Virus record (IMG/VR): IMGVR_UViG_3300029915_000005 | DNA length: 64,000 nt | From: a virus | Strand: one strand, 5' to 3' | In this document: piece by piece, positions 57,975 through 64,000 of the stretch | Layout of the letters: each line of letters begins with the position of its first letter | Numbering within the stretch: position 1 is the first letter of the stretch | Notes under the pieces: generated by a model | Database searches by the model: none | Seen by the model: the letters and a program-made list of their open reading frames with translations, nothing else | What the model was told of the DNA's origin: nothing | Translations under genes and position numbers: made by a program

Positions 57975-60163
57975 TGAATTCAACACAAGATTGCATATTG
58001 GGAGTATTGTCAGGGACAAAATATGTTTTGAAGTATGAAGGTATTGAAGCATATTTAGTGTCTATAAAAAAGAGTGGGTTTAAAGGTAGAAAAGTGATGA
58101 TCGTGTGGAACATCCATCCCATTGCACGAAAATTATTACAAGAATATGGTTTTGAATTAATTGATGTAAAGTCAAAATCTCATAATGAATCATTCTTTCA
58201 TGCTAGAATAAGAGTAGCCCAAGAGTATCTTGGAAATCATTATAAAGAATTTCGTTACATTTTCTGGTTGGATATCAAAGATGTAGTTCTGCAATCTGAT
58301 CCAAGTATTTGGATGGAAGAAAATATTGGAAATTATAAATTAGTTGGGTCCACAGAATGTGTAACTATTGAGCAAGAAGAAACTAATCAGTTATGGGCCA
58401 GAGACGTGCTTGGAAAAGATCGTTACGAAGAAATAAAAAATGAAGAAGTAATTAATGGTGGAACTTTTGCTGGAGAGGCAAAATTAATTGCAGAATTGTT
58501 TCATCAGACTTATTTAATTACAAAAGAATATTCTGGACCTCATCCTCCGTGCCAACCAGCAATAAATTATGTTTTTAGACAGCACCCATTTTCAGATCAT
58601 TTGTATATTCCTAGATGGTCTAAAAGTTTTGCAACATGTTTACATCCAGTTTGGTCATGGAGCGCCAGAGAAAAATTAAGATTCTATTTAAGAGATAAAC
58701 CCCCAGTGCTTAATATGGAAACTGGTATTTTATATCCTGGAACAATCAGTGATCCAAAAAATGATATGATTGCTTTTAATCGTTATTCATTGGAGATAAT
58801 TTCTGCTGAAGCAGGACCAATGATTGGCTGCGAATGCGTAAAATCGACAAACACTAAACCATTTGCCATAGTTCATGGATATGATAGAGATTGGCAGATA
58901 AGGGAATTAATGGAATCAAAATATACAATGGAGTATAAAGTGAATAATAAAGTTTCTATTTTTACACCAACACATAATTCTGAATTTTTACCAGAAATTT
59001 ATAAAAGTTTGCAAGCACAAACAGACCCAGATTGGGAATGGATTATCATTTATAATCATGACGGGAAACCATTAACTTTTAATGATGACAGAGTAAAAGG
59101 ATATGTAGTTTACAATGTTCCAGAATGGGTTGGTCCTCTAAAAGCAATGGCATGTGAAAAAGCTACAGGAGATATTCTTTTAGAACTCGATCATGATGAT
59201 TTACTTATGCCAACAGCTATTGAAGAAGTAAAAAAAGCATTTGAAGATCCTGAAGTTGGATTTGCATATTCAAATACTATTCATTGCACTGGAGATTATC
59301 AAAAAATTGATAGATTTAGCACTTATTATGGATGGAAATATAGAGAAGTAGAATTTCAAGGACATATTTTAGATGAGCATATTTCATTTGAACCTACTCC
59401 TGAGTCTATATCTAGAATTTGGTTTGCTCCAAACCATTTAAGAGCATTTCGACGTTCAGCTTATGATAGTGTAGGCGGATATAATATGGAAATGAGAATT
59501 TTAGATGATTTGGATTTAATGTGTAAGTTGTATAGAGTTACAAAATTTAAGCATATAGACAAAGGGTTATATATCTATCGAGTACATGGAAACAACACTT
59601 GGATAAAATATAATGCAGAAATTCAAAACAACGTTTATAGAATTTATGATCAATATATAGAAAGTTTGGCAGAAACTTGGGCTGAAAATTCTGGTCTTAA
59701 AAAAATAGAAGTTGGCGGAAGAATGGCTGCTAAATTTGGTTATGAAACTGTAGATTTAAAAGACGCAGATATTATGTGTGATTTAAATGGAAGATGGCCA
59801 TATGCAGATAGTTCTGTTGGAGTAATTAGATCATTTGATGTTTTTGAGCATTTGCTTGATCCAATTCATACTATGAAAGAACTTCAAAGAGTATTAGCGC
59901 CAGGAGGTTGGGCATTTATACAGGTTCCCAGCACAGACGGAAGAGGAGCTTTCCAAGATCCTACGCATAAATCTTTCTGGAATATTAATTCTTTTAAATA
60001 TTATACTGAAGCTAATATGGCAAAATATATTGATAATCCAGTTAGATTTCAAGCACCTAGATTATATGACACAGATAGAAATCCAGACGGAGTAATTTGG
60101 ACTAGAGCGCATTTAATTTGTTGTAAAGATGGGTATCGTCCTTGTGGAGCATTAGATATTTAA
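57974..60163 (+). CDS. Multidomain glycosyltransferase (GT-A-like + GT2) with C-terminal SAM methyltransferase
   Basis: DIKDVVLQSDP...INGGTFAG; VSIFTPTHN...LDHDDLL; DVFEHL...RVLAPGG. Confidence 0.8.
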   Translation: MNSTQDCILGVLSGTKYVLKYEGIEAYLVSIKKSGFKGRKVMIVWNIHPIARKLLQEYGFELIDVKSKSHNESFFHARIRVAQEYLGNHYKEFRYIFWLDIKDVVLQSDPSIWMEENIGNYKLVGSTECVTIEQEETNQLWARDVLGKDRYEEIKNEEVINGGTFAGEAKLIAELFHQTYLITKEYSGPHPPCQPAINYVFRQHPFSDHLYIPRWSKSFATCLHPVWSWSAREKLRFYLRDKPPVLNMETGILYPGTISDPKNDMIAFNRYSLEIISAEAGPMIGCECVKSTNTKPFAIVHGYDRDWQIRELMESKYTMEYKVNNKVSIFTPTHNSEFLPEIYKSLQAQTDPDWEWIIIYNHDGKPLTFNDDRVKGYVVYNVPEWVGPLKAMACEKATGDILLELDHDDLLMPTAIEEVKKAFEDPEVGFAYSNTIHCTGDYQKIDRFSTYYGWKYREVEFQGHILDEHISFEPTPESISRIWFAPNHLRAFRRSAYDSVGGYNMEMRILDDLDLMCKLYRVTKFKHIDKGLYIYRVHGNNTWIKYNAEIQNNVYRIYDQYIESLAETWAENSGLKKIEVGGRMAAKFGYETVDLKDADIMCDLNGRWPYADSSVGVIRSFDVFEHLLDPIHTMKELQRVLAPGGWAFIQVPSTDGRGAFQDPTHKSFWNINSFKYYTEANMAKYIDNPVRFQAPRLYDTDRNPDGVIWTRAHLICCKDGYRPCGALDI

Positions 60164-60178
60164 ATACAAAAACAAATA

Positions 60179-60209
60179 AAAAATGGCCAGATAAAATCTG
60201 GCCATTTTT
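60179..60209. terminator. Bidirectional terminator
   Basis: aaaaatggccagat / atctggccattttt between convergent genes. Confidence 0.85.
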
Positions 60210-60221
60210 ATTGAATTTAAA

Positions 60222-61682
60222 TTATTCAAATAATCCATTAATCATTACTGTTCCTTGAAATTGTTCTGAACCAGTCGCTGTTCCTACTGGAACACAAAGA
60301 ATAATGTGAACATAGTTTCCAGCTTCACACATCAATGGATAAGGAAATTGAATATCCAAATCAGTTGTAGTTTGTCCAATTACAGCACCCACTGGAAAAT
60401 ATTGTTGTCCAAGATCAACAACGCGAGGAGCTTTTGCAGCAGCACCTTCAGCGCCAGTTAAAACGTTTGTTGAACTTCCTACTCCAATAGCCCATTGCAG
60501 TACTGTTGGAGTAGTTGCTACAACCGCACCAAAGTTCATTGTTGAAATGTGTATTCCTCGAATATATAATGTTTTTCCAGGAACGTTTGCTGAAGCAACT
60601 GGCACTTGAAAAGCAAATAATGGAAAGTCAGTTACAGCAGCACCAACCGCAGTAAAGTTAAATCTTCCACCTAACTTGGTATAGTTTGGTGTAGCTATGT
60701 TTAATGCTGTGTTTACTGCTCCAGTGCTGTTAGTGTGGTTTGCAGTAGAACCAAAAGCACCAGTTCCAGATTGGCCTTGAATTGAACTTGCGCCAAGACC
60801 AGCAAGTGTCATTTCATATGCACGGTTGGTATTTAAGTCAGGTTGCCAACATGAGCATGAGAAGATACCCAATTGGACAGCTAATGCTGGAGCAATAGAA
60901 GTACTATTATATACTCGAAATGATATTGGCAAATCTTGTGTGATAACTGGCAAACCTGCTCCAGAAGGTGTTGCGACAATAGCTTGAAGAATGTTGTTAA
61001 TCCAAAATTCAACAAATGCACGACCTATAATAATTCTGAATTTATATGTAGTATTAGCTATTGGAGGAGTAAGAGAGACAGTGTTGTATGTTTCAGTTCC
61101 GTTGAAGTTTACAACACAAACAAAATTTCCTGCTGCATTCCAACGAAAGAACACACCATCAGTTGGAGCGGCTGTTGTTGCAGCATAACCTAAACCAATT
61201 TCTACAGTAGAGTTCGGAACAATGTTGGATGCTGCTTGATATGCAGCCACAGTTTCAAATATTGTGCAAAAACCAGAATAAATTGGAAATGTTCTCCAAG
61301 TTTTTAATACAGCAGTTGCGCTTGTAGCTGTAGATGATCCAGAATTTAAAGTCTGTTTTCCATTAGCCTGTGATTGGGTAAAAGTAGTTAAGGCAGTATT
61401 CCATAAAGCAGTATTAGTTGCAGAACCATTGAATACTTCGTTAAATAATAAGTTATCCATTCCTACTTGAAGTCGGCGGAATTCGTGAGCATTTAAAGCG
61501 CGATTAAGTGGAGTTCCAGTAATAAGACCAGCATCAGCTTCAGCGACAAGTCTCTCTCCTCCACCAATGTTAGTAGGAACGCTGCTTGCATCCTGTGTTT
61601 TTGGTGTAACAGTTAGCTGACGATTTAAAGTATCAACTTCTGCGCCGTTTCCTGATGAAAATCCTTGTAATGCTAGTGCCAT
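60222..61682 (-). CDS. Probable virion fibre/receptor-binding protein, paralogue A
   Basis: Beta-rich, lectin-like core (GVFFRW, VEFWINN); CATAAATA and GGAG upstream. Confidence 0.55.
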   Translation of the reverse strand: MALALQGFSSGNGAEVDTLNRQLTVTPKTQDASSVPTNIGGGERLVAEADAGLITGTPLNRALNAHEFRRLQVGMDNLLFNEVFNGSATNTALWNTALTTFTQSQANGKQTLNSGSSTATSATAVLKTWRTFPIYSGFCTIFETVAAYQAASNIVPNSTVEIGLGYAATTAAPTDGVFFRWNAAGNFVCVVNFNGTETYNTVSLTPPIANTTYKFRIIIGRAFVEFWINNILQAIVATPSGAGLPVITQDLPISFRVYNSTSIAPALAVQLGIFSCSCWQPDLNTNRAYEMTLAGLGASSIQGQSGTGAFGSTANHTNSTGAVNTALNIATPNYTKLGGRFNFTAVGAAVTDFPLFAFQVPVASANVPGKTLYIRGIHISTMNFGAVVATTPTVLQWAIGVGSSTNVLTGAEGAAAKAPRVVDLGQQYFPVGAVIGQTTTDLDIQFPYPLMCEAGNYVHIILCVPVGTATGSEQFQGTVMINGLFE

Positions 61683-61712
61683 AATAGTCTCCCACAATAT
61701 TATTTATGATTT

Positions 61713-63185
61713 TTATTCATAAACTCCATCAATAATTACTGTTCCTTGAAAATCTTGGTTTGCTGTAGTTGCTCCAACTGGTATGCATACACCGACATGA
61801 ACAAAACATAAAGCTTCGCACATTAATGGATAATAAAATTGAATATCTAGATCAGGTGGAGCAAATCCGATGGGGGAACTTGTAGGGAAATATTGCATTC
61901 CCAAATCAAGAATTCTTGGAGCCTTTGTCGCAGTTCCTTCTGCTTGCGCCAAAGTTGCTGATGAACTTCCAACACCAATAAACCATTGAAGAGTTGATGG
62001 GGTTGTTGCACTAACAGCTACAGCAGACGCTTGGTTTCCAACCATTGTTGAAATGTGTATTCCTCGAATATATAATGTTTTTCCAGGAACGTTTGCAGCA
62101 GCAGTTGCTCCTGCTTGCAAACCAAATACAATATAATCTGTGACTGCTCCAGCAATCGATGCAAATAAAAATCTACCACCTAATTTTACATATTCAGCAG
62201 TTGTATTGGCCAAAGCTACCGCAGTTGCAGCAGTACTAATAGTGTGATTTGCTGTTGATCCAAATGCTCCTGATCCAGATTGACCTTGTGCTGAACTTCC
62301 CCCAAGACCAACAAGAGACATTTCATAAACTCGTTCTTCATAAAAATCAGATACATAAACACTAGTGGAAATAACTGATAATTGAACGGCTGATGTTGGT
62401 GAAATAGAAGTACTATTATATACTCGAAATGATATTGGTAAATTTTGTGTTATTATGGGAAGTCCTTGTGTACCAGGAGGAGAAATAATAGCTTGCAAAA
62501 TATTATCAATCCAAAATTCAACTTGGTCAATTCCTGAAACAATACGATATAGATGAACAGAATTTGCAGTTGGGGGAGTTAAATTATTTGAAAAAGTTTC
62601 TGATCCTCCACTATTTTGGACACAGAAGAAATTACCACCAGACCATCTAAAAAATAATCCGTCAGTTGGTGTTGCTACGTTCGTTGCAACATATCCAAGA
62701 CCAAGTTCAACTACTGTATTGTTTATGTTTCCTGATGCTTGATATGATGCAACCATCTCAAAAGAAGTTGTAAAACCAGAATATATAGGGAAAGTTCTAT
62801 AGCTTTTTACAACAGCATAAGTGCTTGTAGCAACAGATAATCCAGCATTTAAGGTCATCTTGCCGCCAGCTTCAGTTTGAGTCATTGTTGATAATACAGA
62901 ATTCCAAATTGCAGTATTTACAGCAGCACCATTAAATACTTCATTAAATAATAATGTATCTGCACCAGACTGTAATTTGCGAAATTCTAAAGAATTTAAA
63001 GCTTTAGTGGTTGCAGAGCCAGATACTAAACCAGCATCAGTCTCCACTACTAACCTTTCTCCTCCAGCTATATTAGTCGGTACGCTCGATGAATCTTGAG
63101 TTTTTGGGGTTATATTAAACTTACGATTCAAAGAGTCATTTTCTGCTCGATTTTGTGTTGTAGAGCCAATAAGATTAAATGCCAT
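61713..63185 (-). CDS. Probable virion fibre/receptor-binding protein, paralogue B
   Basis: Colinear paralogue of 60222-61682. Confidence 0.55.
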   Translation of the reverse strand: MAFNLIGSTTQNRAENDSLNRKFNITPKTQDSSSVPTNIAGGERLVVETDAGLVSGSATTKALNSLEFRKLQSGADTLLFNEVFNGAAVNTAIWNSVLSTMTQTEAGGKMTLNAGLSVATSTYAVVKSYRTFPIYSGFTTSFEMVASYQASGNINNTVVELGLGYVATNVATPTDGLFFRWSGGNFFCVQNSGGSETFSNNLTPPTANSVHLYRIVSGIDQVEFWIDNILQAIISPPGTQGLPIITQNLPISFRVYNSTSISPTSAVQLSVISTSVYVSDFYEERVYEMSLVGLGGSSAQGQSGSGAFGSTANHTISTAATAVALANTTAEYVKLGGRFLFASIAGAVTDYIVFGLQAGATAAANVPGKTLYIRGIHISTMVGNQASAVAVSATTPSTLQWFIGVGSSSATLAQAEGTATKAPRILDLGMQYFPTSSPIGFAPPDLDIQFYYPLMCEALCFVHVGVCIPVGATTANQDFQGTVIIDGVYE

Positions 63186-63187
63186 AA

Positions 63188-63670
63188 TTAATACCACCAC
63201 CAATTAGCATAAAAATTTCCAGTTACATATGTATCAGTTGAAGCAGTTATAGTAAAACCTATGCCAGGAGTTATATTTCCACCAATTAGGGACATATCAG
63301 ATAAAGTATATTCATCTTGAGAATGGCCACTCGCTGGAGGATTGGTGGAATCCAGCCATACTAAAAGATTTGAAGTTGCTAGTATATTTGCTTGTCCTGT
63401 AATATTTTTTGTTGTATAATTACTTCCTGGGGCTGACCCAAAATTTATCGCTACATTATTTCCAGTAGCACCTATTGTTCCAATTGGTCCTTGTGTCCCT
63501 TGTGGACCAGCAGCCACATAAGGAAGGGAAGCCCACAAAGAAATACCATTTCCAAGTTTAAAATTGTTTGTATCACTTTCTAGTCCCAATTCTCCTGCAA
63601 GCAATAAAGGATTATTGGCAGTCCAGTTGGCTGCTGTGTCGTACCTAAATTGGAATCTGGCAGAAATCAT
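63188..63670 (-). CDS. Short tail-fibre-like protein (Mtd/hyaluronidase N-terminal-type domain plus collagen triplets)
   Basis: FQFRYDTAANWTANNPLLLAGELGLESDT...KLGNG; GPQGTQGPIG. Confidence 0.7.
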   Translation of the reverse strand: MISARFQFRYDTAANWTANNPLLLAGELGLESDTNNFKLGNGISLWASLPYVAAGPQGTQGPIGTIGATGNNVAINFGSAPGSNYTTKNITGQANILATSNLLVWLDSTNPPASGHSQDEYTLSDMSLIGGNITPGIGFTITASTDTYVTGNFYANWWWY

Positions 63671-63719
63671 AGTGATTTATTTCTCCTTGCTTTATATAAT
63701 TTTCTTAATTGTATTTATC

Positions 63720-64000
63720 TTAGACAGACGCTCCCATAACTAATTGTAATACATAAGCGGATGGTAGAGTATTGGCATATCCTCCAAAATATGATGTTAA
63801 GTTCCCGCCAGGAGTTCCTTGATTGCCTTGATTGCCCTGCGCACCAGTTACACTAGCTCCTTGATTGCCTTGATTGCCTTGATTGCCTTGATTGCCCTGC
63901 GCACCAGTTACACTAGCACCTTGATTTCCTTGATTGCCCTGCGCACCAGTTACACTAGCACCTTGATTTCCTTGATTGCCCTGCGCACCAGTTACACTAG
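63720..64000 (-). CDS. Collagen-like fibre protein, 3' end (partial)
   Basis: Reverse strand encodes (GASVTGAQGNQGNQ)n ending LQLVMGASV*. Confidence 0.8.
   Translation of the reverse strand, partial: SVTGAQGNQGNQGASVTGAQGNQGNQGASVTGAQGNQGNQGNQGNQGASVTGAQGNQGNQGTPGGNLTSYFGGYANTLPSAYVLQLVMGASV

Noticed and set aside
60222-63185. Diversity-generating retroelement acting on fibre paralogues
   Set aside because: No reverse transcriptase in the window and no adenine-specific TR/VR mismatch pattern
1-64000. Genome-wide TAG or TGA reassignment
   Set aside because: Core genes are full length in the standard code; TAG at 20729 and 30496 arise from frameshifts and readthrough does not restore them
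1-64000. tRNA or rRNA genes
   Set aside because: No cloverleaf or rRNA-like sequence recognised in the intergenic gaps by eye

Overview
AT-rich segment of a large T4-like (myovirus, probably jumbo) bacteriophage, read in the standard genetic code. It covers head morphogenesis (portal with an HNH-bearing intein, core proteins, prohead protease, scaffold, major capsid), neck and tail genes (gp13/14/15-like, sheath, tube, tube initiator, gp4), terminase, gp32, a uvsX gene fractured by a split intein, uvsY, a divergent early region of small ORFs, an RmlD plus glycosyltransferase pair and tail-fibre/collagen genes. Homing endonuclease genes, several decayed, sit next to many core genes. The most striking unexplained pattern is an apparent capsid-cargo system. 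A 1163-aa protein is built from about 18 small, often zinc-binding modules separated by prohead-protease-type (hydrophobic-x-E) sites and carries the scaffold's C-terminal motif internally. Modules are shared with other ORFs. Many ORFs begin with a peptide resembling the T4 capsid-targeting sequence, among them five ADP-ribosyltransferase-like paralogues, a GNAT and a cysteine-hydrolase-fold protein. Also notable: about 12 unrelated small ORFs share a C-terminal tag, two endonuclease genes have a structured leader with an antisense late promoter, and several transcripts appear leaderless. All family assignments are from motif recognition by eye; no database searches were run.
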